A stretch of DNA of 45,617 bases from Eubacteriales bacterium (GCA_045587785.1 JAZNDA010000131.1:1-45617); one strand, 5' to 3'. Shown: positions 17,349 to 27,795, counted from the stretch's first letter. The notes: a model not told the origin generated them from the sequence alone. Numbers and translations are program-made.

Positions 17349-18230
17349 ATGAACGATTCCTTTATCAAAATTGAAAATTTAAGCTATGCGTATACCGAGG
17401 ATGACGGCAGAGCTATGCCCGTTTTGCATGATATCTCGTTGGATATCCGACGCGGTGAATACGTGGCGATCCTCGGGCACAACGGCTCGGGAAAATCCAC
17501 CTTGGCAAAGCTGCTGAATCTGATACTGACACCAACGTCGGGGAAGATCATCGTGGATGGTATGGACGTTACCTCGGGGGAGCTTTCGGAGGATGATCTT
17601 TACTCGCTTCGCCATAAGGTGGGCATGGTGTTCCAAAACCCCGATAACCAGTTGGTTGCCACCGTTGTGGAAGAGGACGTGGCGTTCGGGCCCGAGAATC
17701 TCGGTCTGCCGCAAGAGGAGATCCGCCGTCGCGTGGACGATGCGCTTGCCACCGTGGGTATGACGCAGTATGCGCATCACGAGCCCCACCGCCTGTCGGG
17801 AGGGCAGAAACAGCGCATTGCTATTGCGGGTATTATTGCCATGCTTCCCGAGTGTATGATATTTGATGAATCGACTGCCATGCTCGACCCCATGGGACGA
17901 AAGGACGTTCTTGCTACCATAGAAAAGCTGAACCGCGAAAAGGGTATTACCGTGCTTACCATTACGCACTATATGAACGAGGCGGCAAAGGCGGACAGAG
18001 TGATCGTTTTGGATGACGGAAAAATTCTGATGCAGGGCACACCTTCGAAAATTTTTGGCAAGCCCGAGCTTCTCAGACGTGCGGGCTTGGATGTTCCGCA
18101 GTGCAGCTCACTTATCGAAGGACTCAAAGAGAAGGGCTTTGATCTTGGCGGGGATTGCTATTCTCCCACGCTTTGTGCGGATGTGCTTTGCCATTATATC
18201 GAAACGCATACGGGAAGTTTGGAAAAGTGA
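17349..18230 (+). CDS. ecfA1: ECF transporter ATPase A1
   Basis: GHNGSGKST, FQNPDNQ, LSGGQKQR. Tandem with a second ATPase and ecfT before truA. Confidence 0.92.
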   Translation: MNDSFIKIENLSYAYTEDDGRAMPVLHDISLDIRRGEYVAILGHNGSGKSTLAKLLNLILTPTSGKIIVDGMDVTSGELSEDDLYSLRHKVGMVFQNPDNQLVATVVEEDVAFGPENLGLPQEEIRRRVDDALATVGMTQYAHHEPHRLSGGQKQRIAIAGIIAMLPECMIFDESTAMLDPMGRKDVLATIEKLNREKGITVLTITHYMNEAAKADRVIVLDDGKILMQGTPSKIFGKPELLRRAGLDVPQCSSLIEGLKEKGFDLGGDCYSPTLCADVLCHYIETHTGSLEK

Positions 18231-18238
18231 GGTTAAAC

Positions 18239-19108
18239 ATGGCTAAGATCAATTTGGAGCATGTCTCCTATATATACAGCAAGGGAACGCCTTATGAGGT
18301 AACGGCACTGGACGACGTCAGTGTAGAAATCGAGGAAGGAAGCATTACGGGTATCATCGGACATACGGGTTCGGGAAAATCCACCTTTGTGCAGTTGCTT
18401 AACGGGCTTGAGAAACCGAGCGAGGGCAGGGTGCTTCTTGACGGCAAGGATATTTGGGAGAATCCGCGAGAGATCGGTAAGATCCGTTTTCGTGTCGGTC
18501 TTGTGATGCAGTATCCCGAATATCAGCTTTTTGAGGAGACCGTCAGAGCGGATATCGCGTTTGGTCCGAGGAACATGGGGCTTGGTCAAAAAGAGATCGA
18601 AGAACGCGTTAAAATGGCGGCGGATTTTGTCGGTCTGGAAGAAGAACTTCTGGACAAATCCCCCTTCGATCTGTCGGGCGGACAAAAGCGCCGTGCGGCG
18701 ATAGCAGGCATTATTGCCATGAAGCCCGAGGTGCTCGTTTTGGACGAGCCTGCGGCGGGTCTTGATCCGCTGGGGCGCGATGCCATTTTCCAAAGCATCG
18801 TCAATTATCGCAATCAGACGGGCGCCACGGTGGTGATCGTCAGCCACAGCATGGAGGATATGGCGCGCTTTTGTGAGCAGATCATTGTGATGTCTCACGC
18901 CAAGGTGATCATGAAGGGCACGTGCGGCGAGATTTTTTCAAAAGCCGATCTGCTTGAGAAGAGCGGTCTTGACGTTCCGCAGATCACGGGGCTTATGAAG
19001 CTTCTTAGGAGCCGCGGTATTGAGGTCAGTGACGGCATTTATACCGTGGAGGATGCCATAACCGAGCTTTCCCGTATTCTTTCATCACTATCTTCGGAAA
19101 GGTCATAA
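18239..19108 (+). CDS. ecfA2: ECF transporter ATPase A2
   Basis: GHTGSGKST, QYPEYQLFEE, SPFDLSGGQKRR. ATG at 18239. Confidence 0.92.
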   Translation: MAKINLEHVSYIYSKGTPYEVTALDDVSVEIEEGSITGIIGHTGSGKSTFVQLLNGLEKPSEGRVLLDGKDIWENPREIGKIRFRVGLVMQYPEYQLFEETVRADIAFGPRNMGLGQKEIEERVKMAADFVGLEEELLDKSPFDLSGGQKRRAAIAGIIAMKPEVLVLDEPAAGLDPLGRDAIFQSIVNYRNQTGATVVIVSHSMEDMARFCEQIIVMSHAKVIMKGTCGEIFSKADLLEKSGLDVPQITGLMKLLRSRGIEVSDGIYTVEDAITELSRILSSLSSERS

Positions 19109-19114
19109 GGTATT

Positions 19115-19933
19115 ATGAAAAATATCAGTTTCGGACAGTATTATCCTGCCCAGTCACTTATTCACCGTCTGGATCCGCGTGCTAAGGTGATTATGGCAAT
19201 TCTCTATATTGTCTGTTCGTTTTTTTGCAAAAATATATTAAGCTTTGCGGTGCTGGCTTTGTCATCGGTGGTGCTGGTGCTTTTGAGCAATATTCCCTTG
19301 CGGTCGGTTCTCAGAGCCATCCGTCCCGTAATTTTCGTCATGCTGTTTACGGTGGTGCTTAACGTCTTTTGGACAAAAGGGGAATCTCCGCTTTTTACAT
19401 GGGGTATACTGAGCGTATATCCCGAGGGTATATACAGCGCACTGTTTATGCTCATCCGTATTCTGTCGTTGATCATCGGCACAAGCATTTTCATGACCTA
19501 TACCACAACGCCCATTGCGCTTGCCGATGCCATCGAGCAGCTTTTGTCACCTCTTAAGAAGATCAAAATTCCCGTTCATGAATTTTCCATGATGATGACG
19601 GTGGCACTTCGCTTTATTCCCACGCTGATCGAGGAGACCGAAAAGATCATCGCCGCCCAAAAGGCGCGCGGCGCGGATTTTACCACGGGCGGACTTGTCA
19701 AGCGCGCCAAGGCACTGATCCCCATTCTGATCCCGCTCGTCATTTCGGCATTCAGACGCGCCGACGAGTTGGCGACTGCTATGGAGTGCCGATGCTACAG
19801 AGGAGGTGAGGGGCGCACCAAGCTTCATGTTTTGCATTATGCGCCCAGAGACTTTTTGATGGTGGCGGCAGCGTTGTTGTTTGGTGGCAGCTTGATCGTA
19901 CTGAATGTGCTTTCCATTGGATATTCAATGTAA
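19115..19933 (+). CDS. ecfT: ECF transporter transmembrane subunit T
   Basis: HRLDPRAK, ALRFIP, AQKARG, AMECRCY motifs. Confidence 0.93.
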   Translation: MKNISFGQYYPAQSLIHRLDPRAKVIMAILYIVCSFFCKNILSFAVLALSSVVLVLLSNIPLRSVLRAIRPVIFVMLFTVVLNVFWTKGESPLFTWGILSVYPEGIYSALFMLIRILSLIIGTSIFMTYTTTPIALADAIEQLLSPLKKIKIPVHEFSMMMTVALRFIPTLIEETEKIIAAQKARGADFTTGGLVKRAKALIPILIPLVISAFRRADELATAMECRCYRGGEGRTKLHVLHYAPRDFLMVAAALLFGGSLIVLNVLSIGYSM

Positions 19934-19945
19934 AGGAGTGCCTGC

Positions 19946-20737
19946 ATGAAGCTTTTTTTGAGACTGTGTTTTCTCGGAACGCATTACTGCGGCTATCAGG
20001 TGCAGGAAAACGCGCCAACTGTGCAACAGGTTGTAGGCGAGGTCGCAGAGAGGGTGTTTGGCTTCCCGTGCGATATTGTTGGCTGTAGCCGCACGGATAG
20101 CGGTGTGCATGCGGAGGAGTTTTGTGTCAGCGTGGCCAAAAGAGGAACCGCGGGGCTTGAGACCTCGATCCCACCCCAAAAGATCCCCGTTGCCATGAAT
20201 TGCTTTTTGCCTTCGGATATTGCTGTGCTGGATGCTTCGTTTGTGGAGGAATATTTCCACGCGCGGTATGATGTGAAATATAAGGAATATGTTTACAAGA
20301 TTTGGAACGGCAAGACCAAAAATCCGTTTTTGGCGGACAGGATGATGTACCTGCCCATGGTTGTCGATGAGCATGCGGTTGCTTTGGCACATGAGGCGGC
20401 GCAGGCGTTTGTCGGCAAAAAGGATTTTCGCAGTTTTATGGCAAGCGGTTCTAAGATCACCGACACGGTTCGTACCGTTTATCATGCCGATGTGACCAAG
20501 GAAGGGGACGTGATCTGCTTTCGTGTGGCGGCAAACGGCTTTCTTTATCATATGGTGCGCATTATGGCAGGAACTCTGGTGGATGTTTTGTGCGGCAAAA
20601 CAATGCCGAATGATATGGAAAAAATCATAAACGGTCTGGATAGAAAAAAAGCGGGCAGTACGGCACCCGCATGTGGGCTTTATCTTCATAAGGTCTCTTA
20701 TGAGCCGTATGCAAAAGAGGAGGGAGAAGCAGAATGA
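19946..20737 (+). CDS. truA: tRNA pseudouridine(38-40) synthase
   Basis: GYQVQ, SRTDSGVHA, FHARY, FLYHMVR, TAPACGLYL motifs. Confidence 0.95.
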   Translation: MKLFLRLCFLGTHYCGYQVQENAPTVQQVVGEVAERVFGFPCDIVGCSRTDSGVHAEEFCVSVAKRGTAGLETSIPPQKIPVAMNCFLPSDIAVLDASFVEEYFHARYDVKYKEYVYKIWNGKTKNPFLADRMMYLPMVVDEHAVALAHEAAQAFVGKKDFRSFMASGSKITDTVRTVYHADVTKEGDVICFRVAANGFLYHMVRIMAGTLVDVLCGKTMPNDMEKIINGLDRKKAGSTAPACGLYLHKVSYEPYAKEEGEAE

Positions 20738-21441
20738 TCGATATGGTCCTGAGCTACGTGCTGGATATTTTTTATATTTTGGCGGCGGTCTTTGTGGTGA
20801 TTTTTTTCACCGCAAAAGGGTTTGTTGCCTGTATTTCCCGTTTTGGAAGATATATCGGCGCGGCAATTCTGACCTATGTGTTCGGTCCGATCCTCAGTGG
20901 CTTTCTTTATGAAAAATGGATCTTTCCGTGGATATTCCGTCCCGTTACCGAAAGAATAGCAAAATTTTTGCACAACACCATAGGCGCGGTCGATATGGAC
21001 GGTCTTGTGGATTCCTTGCCCTTGCTTGTGAGGAAGTTTGCCAATGCGGACGCGCTTAAGGAAAAGTACGGCGCGGCGGTGAATAACATTGACGGCTTTT
21101 CGGCGGAGCTTTCGGGAACGGTTTCAGCGCCCCCCGCCAGCCTTTTGTCTAACCTTTTGGCGTACGTTGCGGTCTTTCTTGTTTCCATGCTTTTGCTTTG
21201 GTTGCTTTTCTTCCTTTTTGAGAAACTTTTTTGCGGTGTTCCCGCACTCAATGCCGTCAATCGTTTTTTGGGCTTTTTGCTGGGATTGCTTGCGGCGTTT
21301 TTGGTGCTTGCGGTTATCACATGGCTGCTTGGCGTGCTCATTAGCTTGTTTGCGTCGGGCGGACACCTTGCGGCTCTTGCGGAACGCTCCTACATTTTCG
21401 GTTATTTTAAGGAGCTTAATTTTTTTAATCTTTTTCACTGA
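20734..21441 (+). CDS. CvpA-like membrane protein
   Basis: LDIF...KGF N-terminus and NRFLGFLLG motif with several TM helices. ATGA overlap with truA. Confidence 0.65.
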   Translation: MIDMVLSYVLDIFYILAAVFVVIFFTAKGFVACISRFGRYIGAAILTYVFGPILSGFLYEKWIFPWIFRPVTERIAKFLHNTIGAVDMDGLVDSLPLLVRKFANADALKEKYGAAVNNIDGFSAELSGTVSAPPASLLSNLLAYVAVFLVSMLLLWLLFFLFEKLFCGVPALNAVNRFLGFLLGLLAAFLVLAVITWLLGVLISLFASGGHLAALAERSYIFGYFKELNFFNLFH

Positions 21442-21456
21442 TGGGGTATATAAAAC

Positions 21457-23766
21457 ATGGTTATGTGTTCAAGATGTCATAAAAGACCCGCCGTTGTCTT
21501 TATGACAAAACTGGAAAACGGCAAACGGGTAAACGAGGGCGTTTGTGTTACCTGTGCGAAGGAACTGGGGCTTCCCATCGATAATTTGCTTGGCGGTTTT
21601 ATGGAAAAAATGGGACTTTCTGCCGAACAGCTTTCGGATATGGAGCAGGAATTCTCCGAGATCATGCAAAACGGAGAGCTTGGAGACGGCGATGAATCCG
21701 AAGAGGGCATCGTTCCCACACTGGATATGCGTCAGCTGTTTCATGCAGACGATAAAGAGAAGGGAAAGGCGGTTTCTCCCTCCGACGGTGCGAGCGACAA
21801 GCAAGGAGAAAAAAAGGCCCCGAATAAAAATAAAAAGAGTAAATTTTTGGATGCCTACTGTACCAATCTCACACAGCGCGCGAGAGACGGACAGCTGGAT
21901 ACCATCGTCGGCAGAGCGCGCGAGCTTGAGCGTGTGATACAGATCCTTTGCCGCCGTCAAAAAAACAATCCTTGTCTGATCGGTGAGCCGGGTGTAGGAA
22001 AAACGGCGATCGTGGAGGCACTGGCACAGAAAATCGCGGCAGGCGAGGTGCCGTATAAGCTTTCGGACAAGGAAGTACATCTTCTGGATCTTACGGCACT
22101 TGTTTCGGGTACGCAGTTCAGAGGACAGTTTGAGTCGCGCGTGCAGGGGTTGCTCAAAGAGATCAAGGACGCAGGCAATATCATTCTGGTCATTGACGAG
22201 GTCCACAACCTCGTGGGAACGGGTGGTGCCGAGGGCAGCATGAGCGCGGCGAATATTCTCAAGCCTGCACTGTCGCGCGGCGAGATCCGCGTGATCGGCG
22301 CAACCACACTTAACGAATACCGCAAGCATATCGAAAAGGATACGGCACTTGAACGCCGTTTTCAGCCCGTGACCGTAAACGAGCCTTCGGTAGCGGACAC
22401 CGTGAGCATGCTAGAAGGGATCAAGCATTATTACGAGGAATTTCATTCCATCGTCATTCCTACGCCCTTGCTTGAACGCGCGGTTACCATGTCGGAGCGT
22501 TATATCACCGACCGTTATCTGCCCGATAAGGCGATCGACCTTTTGGACGAGGCGGCATCGCATTTGTCGCTCAGCTGTGCGGAACTGAACGAAAGCTATC
22601 GCCTCAGAGATAAGCTTCTTTCACTCAAAGAGCAAAGAGAAGCGGCAGAGTCCGAGACGGTTCCCGAAAACGGGGAAAAGGAGCACTATGAGAAGATCGC
22701 GCAAATCCGTTCAGAGGAGCTTCGTCTGTCCACACGTCTGAAAGAGGTGGAGCCCGCATGTCAGAATATCCTCATGACCGAGGAAGATCTGGCGGGTGTG
22801 ATCGAGATCTGGACGGGAATTCCCGCTACCAATATCACGGTCAACGAATTTGAAAAGCTGTCGGGACTTGAGGAAAGACTGAAGAAAAAGATCATCGGTC
22901 AAGATAAGGCGGTCGCGGCGGTTGCCCGTGCCATCAAGCGCAACCGTGTGGGGATATCTTATAAGCGCAAGCCCGTATCCTTTATTTTTGCGGGGCCTAC
23001 GGGTGTGGGAAAGACCGAGCTTGTTAAGACACTTGCCGCCGATCTTTTTGATTCGCCCGAGACACTTATTCGTCTTGATATGTCCGAATTCATGGAAAAA
23101 CATTCGGTGTCCCGTATCATCGGGGCGCCTCCCGGATACGTCGGATACGAGGAAGCGGGACAGCTGACCGAGAAGATCCGCCGCCGCCCGTATTCGGTGG
23201 TGCTGTTTGACGAGATCGAAAAAGCGCATCCCGACGTTCTGAACGTGTTGCTTCAGATTCTGGATGACGGTCGCATTACCGATGCACACGGTAAGACCGT
23301 GAATTTTGAAAATGCCGTGATCGTGATGACCACCAACGCAGGTTCTGATAAGAGCGCGAACCACGTTGGCTTTGAGACGGGGGATAGAGCATCTGCCGAT
23401 GATGCCAAAACCGAAAAGGCACTTTCCGCCTTTTTGCGCCCCGAATTCCTCAACCGCGTGGACGAGGTGATCACCTTCCGTTCGCTGGATACCGAGGATT
23501 TTGCAAGCATTGCCGCCATTATGCTGTCTCAGCTTGCACAAGTACTTTTGGAGCGCGGTATTCATTTGCACTTTAATAAAGCATCGCAGACACTGATCGC
23601 CGAAAAGTCTTATTCACATAAGTTTGGTGCGCGCAGTATGCGCCGTTACATCCAGACGCATGTGGAAGATAAGCTTGCCGAGGAGATCATTTCCCGTTAC
23701 GGAGAAACCATCACGCAGGTCTCGCTCACCGTGAAAAAGGGAGAGCTTTGCATCACTTGTATGTGA
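21457..23766 (+). CDS. Second Clp/Hsp100 ATPase with N-terminal zinc finger (ClpE-like)
   Basis: CSRC...CVTC N-terminus, two AAA+ modules (GEPGVGKT, GPTGVGKT), VGF loop. Confidence 0.9.
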   Translation: MVMCSRCHKRPAVVFMTKLENGKRVNEGVCVTCAKELGLPIDNLLGGFMEKMGLSAEQLSDMEQEFSEIMQNGELGDGDESEEGIVPTLDMRQLFHADDKEKGKAVSPSDGASDKQGEKKAPNKNKKSKFLDAYCTNLTQRARDGQLDTIVGRARELERVIQILCRRQKNNPCLIGEPGVGKTAIVEALAQKIAAGEVPYKLSDKEVHLLDLTALVSGTQFRGQFESRVQGLLKEIKDAGNIILVIDEVHNLVGTGGAEGSMSAANILKPALSRGEIRVIGATTLNEYRKHIEKDTALERRFQPVTVNEPSVADTVSMLEGIKHYYEEFHSIVIPTPLLERAVTMSERYITDRYLPDKAIDLLDEAASHLSLSCAELNESYRLRDKLLSLKEQREAAESETVPENGEKEHYEKIAQIRSEELRLSTRLKEVEPACQNILMTEEDLAGVIEIWTGIPATNITVNEFEKLSGLEERLKKKIIGQDKAVAAVARAIKRNRVGISYKRKPVSFIFAGPTGVGKTELVKTLAADLFDSPETLIRLDMSEFMEKHSVSRIIGAPPGYVGYEEAGQLTEKIRRRPYSVVLFDEIEKAHPDVLNVLLQILDDGRITDAHGKTVNFENAVIVMTTNAGSDKSANHVGFETGDRASADDAKTEKALSAFLRPEFLNRVDEVITFRSLDTEDFASIAAIMLSQLAQVLLERGIHLHFNKASQTLIAEKSYSHKFGARSMRRYIQTHVEDKLAEEIISRYGETITQVSLTVKKGELCITCM

Positions 23767-23816
23767 ACCCGTTCTTTTGCATATATTGATAGCAAATGTC
23801 AAAGGAGGCATGAGCT

Positions 23817-24110
23817 ATGAAAGTATGCAGTACGTCGGATCTGTGTGAAAAGGAGGTCATCAACCTCTGCGACGGAGAACGTCTTGGATATGTGGCTGAG
23901 TTTGAAATTGATATCTGTGACGCGAGAGTGACGGCACTTGTCATTCCCGCGGAGATCGGACTTTTTGGGTGCCCGAGGGGGGAGAACCTTGTGATTCCGT
24001 GGGAAAAGATCGAATGTATCGGCGAGGATACCATTTTGGTCAAGGTAAATATCGGTGAGCTTCGCAGGTGTACGCCCGATAAGAAAAAGCATAAGAAGAG
24101 ACTATTTTGA
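23817..24110 (+). CDS. YlmC/YmxH family PRC-barrel sporulation protein
   Basis: KEVINLCDGERLG, IPWEKI..IGEDTILV. AAAGGAGG RBS. Confidence 0.9.
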   Translation: MKVCSTSDLCEKEVINLCDGERLGYVAEFEIDICDARVTALVIPAEIGLFGCPRGENLVIPWEKIECIGEDTILVKVNIGELRRCTPDKKKHKKRLF

Positions 24111-24145
24111 GATGTTAATATTTTGTAAATAATGCAACTTTTGTG

Positions 24146-24174
24146 TTGATGAAACGGAAAAGTTGTGATATAAT
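24146..24174 (+). promoter_or_regulatory. sigma-A promoter of rpsB-tsf
   Basis: TTGATG-N17-TATAAT with extended TG. Confidence 0.7.
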
Positions 24175-24214
24175 CACATGGTTGTCCGAAACAGCAGTTT
24201 CGTACAAATAAAAA

Positions 24215-24292
24215 ATACACACACAGCGGCTTGTTTGCGGTCGGTGCCTTACGGTTCCCGCGATGTCCGACTGTGGTGGAAAAACCGAAGGA
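24215..24292 (+). promoter_or_regulatory. rpsB 5' leader (S2 autoregulatory RNA element)
   Basis: acacacagc...gcgg..ggtgcc...ccgcgatg...ctgtgg structured leader in the expected position. Confidence 0.65.
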
Positions 24293-24302
24293 GGACATAA
24301 AA

Positions 24303-25043
24303 ATGTCTGTTGTATCCATCAAGCAGTTGCTTGAAGCAGGTGTTCATTTCGGACACCACACCAGAAGATGGAACCCCAAAATGGCTGAGTACATCTTCAC
24401 CGAAAGAAACGGAATCTACATTATCGACCTTCAGAAGACTGTCAAGAAGTTTGAAGAGGCGTATATGTTTGTCCGTGATCTTGCCGCACAGGGCGGCACA
24501 CTTCTGTTCGTCGGCACAAAGAAGCAGGCGGCAGATGCCATCAAGGAAGAGGCTGAGCGTTGCGGTATGTACTACGTTAACGAGCGTTGGCCCGGCGGTA
24601 TGATGACCAACTTCAAGACCATTCAGCGCTCTATCGGCAGACTGAACAGCCTTGAAAAGATGCAGGAAGACGGCACGTTCGATCTTCTCACCAAGAAGGA
24701 GATCGCCGCAAAGCAGAAGGAGATTTTCGACCTTGAGAAGAACTATGGCGGTATCAAGACCATGGGTACTCTTCCTTCCGCAATCTTCATCGTTGACCCC
24801 AGAAAGGAGGCCAATGCCGTTCTTGAGGCTAAGAAGCTCGGTATTCCCGTTATTGCTATCGTGGACACCAACTGTGACCCCGATGACGCTGACTATGTGA
24901 TTCCCGGTAACGATGACGCGATCCGCGCTATCAAGCTGATCTCCTCCGTTCTTGCCGATGCTATCATCGAGGGCAAGCAGGGTGAGCAGATGACTGAGGC
25001 TGCTGTAGAGAGTGCAGAGGAAAAGGAAACAGACGCTGAGTAA
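24303..25043 (+). CDS. rpsB: 30S ribosomal protein S2
   Basis: [34 protein letters not shown] at 24303 follows AAGGAGG. Confidence 0.98.
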   Translation: MSVVSIKQLLEAGVHFGHHTRRWNPKMAEYIFTERNGIYIIDLQKTVKKFEEAYMFVRDLAAQGGTLLFVGTKKQAADAIKEEAERCGMYYVNERWPGGMMTNFKTIQRSIGRLNSLEKMQEDGTFDLLTKKEIAAKQKEIFDLEKNYGGIKTMGTLPSAIFIVDPRKEANAVLEAKKLGIPVIAIVDTNCDPDDADYVIPGNDDAIRAIKLISSVLADAIIEGKQGEQMTEAAVESAEEKETDAE

Positions 25044-25076
25044 TTTGTATAAACAATACGAAAAGAGGATATAAAA

Positions 25077-26009
25077 ATGGCTACAATTACCGCAAAAGAC
25101 GTTGCCGCGCTCCGTGCAAAGACAGGTCTTGGCATGATGGACTGCAAGAATGCTCTTACAGAGGCCGACGGCGATATGGATAAGGCGATCAAGATCCTTC
25201 GTGAGAAGGGACTTGCAACTGCCGCAAAGAAGGAAAGCAGAATTGCCGCTGAGGGTATCGTGGATATTCTTCAGGAGGGCAACGTAGCAGCTATGATCGA
25301 GGTCAACACCGAAACCGACTTCGTAGCAAAGAACGAGTCCTTTAAGGAGTTCGTTAAGGGACTTCTTAAGACCATCGTTGATAAGAAGCCTGCCGATATG
25401 GATGCTTTCATGGCAACCGCTTACGCAGGAACCGATATGACAGTTGAAGCCGCACTTGTTGACAAGATCGCCGTGATCGGTGAGAAGATCAGCATTCGTC
25501 GCTTTGTCATTTTGGAGGGTGTACTTTCCACCTATATTCACGGTGCAGGTGCCGCAGGCGTTATCGTAAAGTTCTCCACCGGCGCAGATATGAGCGGAAA
25601 CGCCGCGTTTGCTGAGTTTGCAAAGAACATTGCACTTCAGCTTGCTGCAGGCGATCCTCCTCAGTATGTGAATAAAGAGGACGTTCCCGAGGCTGCTATC
25701 AACGAGGAAAAGGCAGTTCTGATCAATCAGGCTAAGAACGATCCCAAGAACGCAGGTAAGCCCGAGGCTATTCTTGAGAAGATGGTCATGGGTAGACTTG
25801 GTAAGTTCTACGAGAGAGTTTGCCTTGTTGAGCAGGCTTACGTTAAGGACGATGATCTTACAGTTGGCAAGTATGTGGCTCAGACCGCAAAAGAGCTTGG
25901 CACTGACATCAAGATCGAAGCTTTCTGCCTGTTTGAAAAGGGCGAAGGTATCCAGAAGAGAGAGGAGAACTTTGCAGAGGAGATCGCAAAGCTCACCGGC
26001 AATAAGTAA
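25077..26009 (+). CDS. tsf: Elongation factor Ts
   Basis: LRAKTGLGMMDCK, EVNTETDFVAKN. Follows rpsB. Confidence 0.98.
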   Translation: MATITAKDVAALRAKTGLGMMDCKNALTEADGDMDKAIKILREKGLATAAKKESRIAAEGIVDILQEGNVAAMIEVNTETDFVAKNESFKEFVKGLLKTIVDKKPADMDAFMATAYAGTDMTVEAALVDKIAVIGEKISIRRFVILEGVLSTYIHGAGAAGVIVKFSTGADMSGNAAFAEFAKNIALQLAAGDPPQYVNKEDVPEAAINEEKAVLINQAKNDPKNAGKPEAILEKMVMGRLGKFYERVCLVEQAYVKDDDLTVGKYVAQTAKELGTDIKIEAFCLFEKGEGIQKREENFAEEIAKLTGNK

Positions 26010-26019
26010 ACATGTACAG

Positions 26020-26048
26020 ACCGCCGCAAGAAATTGCGGCGGTTTTTG
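26020..26048 (+). terminator. Intrinsic terminator after tsf
   Basis: accgccgcaa-gaaa-ttgcggcggt followed by a T run. Confidence 0.85.
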
Positions 26049-26086
26049 TATATCTCAAAGAAAAAAGCAAAAAAATGTTTTTCTTC

Positions 26087-26115
26087 TTGACTAAAATGTC
26101 GGTTCGTGCTATAAT
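26087..26115 (+). promoter_or_regulatory. sigma-A promoter
   Basis: TTGACT-N17-TATAAT with extended TG. Confidence 0.75.
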
Positions 26116-26151
26116 TTACACATAATTTTTGGTATTTTTTCGGAGGTTGAT

Positions 26152-27264
26152 ATGGGAGAATCCAAGATTAAGGTCTTACTTAAGAGGTATTTTATTGACG
26201 CAATGGGTGCCATGGCACTTGGTCTTTTTGCGTCCTTGTTGATCGGAACCATCTTTGGGACGGTCGCCAAGTACACGGGACTTGATTTTTTGAACACGAT
26301 TGCCGGTTACGCAAAGGCGGCGACGGGTATGGCGATCGGTGTGGCTATTGCCAGCAGACTGGGCGCGCATCCTCTGGTGGTGTATTCCTGCGCGGCTGTG
26401 GGTGCCATGTCCAACGCGATGGGCGCGATTATGAATGAAGGCGCGATTACAAGTTGGGCGGCAACGGGCGCGTCGGGCGAAGGCATTTTTTATGCCGCAG
26501 GCCCCGCGGGCGCGTTCTTTGCTGTGATCATAGCCTCGGAGATCGGTATGCTGGTCTCCAAAAAGACTAAGGTCGATATTTTGGTAACTCCCGTCGTGAC
26601 CTTGCTTGTCGGTTTTTTGGCAAGCTTTGCGCTTTGCCCGATCGTTTCATATCTGATGTATTATCTCGGCATCTTTATTTCCACCGCAACCACCTTCCAG
26701 CCGTTGCCCATGGGTATCCTTGTGTCGGTGGTGATGGGTGTGATCCTTACACTTCCGATCTCCAGCGCGGCTATCTGTGCCATGATCTTTTCTGCTTCGG
26801 CGTATGAGGTGGCGATCGCGAACGGAACCGGCGAGGGCTTTTTGCTTGCAGGAGGCGCTTGCGTGGCAGGCTGCTGTGCGCAGATGGTGGGCTTTGCCGT
26901 GTCCAGCTTCCGTGAGAACGGATGGGGAGGTATCGTCTCTCAAGGACTTGGAACCTCTATGCTTCAGATGGGTAACATATGCAAAAATCCGCGCATTTGG
27001 ATACCGCCTACGCTTGCCGCTGCTATTACGGGTCCCGTTTCTACCATGATCTTCAAGCTGAAATGTCAAGGCGTTTCGGCAGGTATGGGTACCTGCGGTC
27101 TTGTTGGGCCCATCGGAGTGATCGATTCCACCGAAAATCCCGATGCCATGATGTGGATCGGTCTGTTGCTCGTTTGCATCGTGCTTCCTGCCATTCTCTC
27201 GCTTGTTTTCAGTGAGATCATGAGAAAGATCGGCTGGATCAAGGAAAACGATATGAAGCTGTAA
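26152..27264 (+). CDS. Orphan PTS EIIC-like membrane protein (PTS_EIIC_2/PfoR-related)
   Basis: MALGLFASLLIG, LTLPISSAAI, QGLGTSMLQ, GMGTCGLVGPI motifs. No EIIA/EIIB gene adjacent. Confidence 0.8.
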   Translation: MGESKIKVLLKRYFIDAMGAMALGLFASLLIGTIFGTVAKYTGLDFLNTIAGYAKAATGMAIGVAIASRLGAHPLVVYSCAAVGAMSNAMGAIMNEGAITSWAATGASGEGIFYAAGPAGAFFAVIIASEIGMLVSKKTKVDILVTPVVTLLVGFLASFALCPIVSYLMYYLGIFISTATTFQPLPMGILVSVVMGVILTLPISSAAICAMIFSASAYEVAIANGTGEGFLLAGGACVAGCCAQMVGFAVSSFRENGWGGIVSQGLGTSMLQMGNICKNPRIWIPPTLAAAITGPVSTMIFKLKCQGVSAGMGTCGLVGPIGVIDSTENPDAMMWIGLLLVCIVLPAILSLVFSEIMRKIGWIKENDMKL

Positions 27265-27280
27265 TAATTTACATATTTTG

Positions 27281-27316
27281 AAAAGCTCTCGGCATATTTT
27301 ATGCCGAGGGCTTTTT
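27281..27316 (+). terminator. Intrinsic terminator
   Basis: aaaagctctcggcata-ttt-tatgccgagggctttt. Confidence 0.8.
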
Positions 27317-27345
27317 GCTTTTGAGAGAAAATTTTCCCAAATCTA

Positions 27346-27403
27346 TTGACAAACGGCTTTTGATGTGGTATAATCCAACTGTACTACCATACATAGTACA
27401 GTT
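27346..27403 (+). promoter_or_regulatory. sigma-A promoter with YtrA-type operator
   Basis: TTGACA-N17-TATAAT (27346-27374), then palindrome aactgtacta-N7-tagtacagtt (27377-27403), i.e. TGTA-N13-TACA as in YtrA operators. Confidence 0.85.
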
Positions 27404-27420
27404 ATATCGGAGGTGAATGC

Positions 27421-27795
27421 ATGTTAGTGATCGATAAGATGTCGCGTAAGCCGATCTATGAACAGCTGACCGAGGGCATTGAGCGTGAGATCGTGACGGG
27501 GCTTTTGGAGCCGCTGTCACAGCTTCCGTCTATCAGGGAGCTTTCGGTGGTGCTGGGCGTCAATCCCAATACCGTGCAAAAGGCACTTTTGGAGCTTGAC
27601 AGAATGGGCATCGTGTTTTCAGCACCGGGACGCGGCGTGTTCGTGGCGGAGGATGCAGTGAAGAAAATACGGGAGAGAATGTCCGTAAAACTCGGAAACG
27701 TCGAGGATCTGGCGATGGAGCTCGCAAGAGCGGGCATTGATAAGCAAGAGGTGTATGCGGCGATCGAGCGCGCATACAAGAATTTGAATTCATAA
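27421..27795 (+). CDS. GntR family regulator, YtrA subfamily
   Basis: PIYEQL, LPSIREL, VNPNTV, GRGVFV with a short C-terminus. Precedes ABC genes. Confidence 0.92.
   Translation: MLVIDKMSRKPIYEQLTEGIEREIVTGLLEPLSQLPSIRELSVVLGVNPNTVQKALLELDRMGIVFSAPGRGVFVAEDAVKKIRERMSVKLGNVEDLAMELARAGIDKQEVYAAIERAYKNLNS

Noticed and set aside
23758-23790. Possible sigma-E promoter (catatatt) upstream of the ylmC-like gene
   Set aside because: It is plausible but the -35 match is too weak to call from sequence alone.
24249-25541. Long antisense ORFs (also 7794-8951, 32153-33436, 42302-43744)
   Set aside because: They are shadows of well-supported genes on the opposite strand, with no recognisable motifs or RBS.
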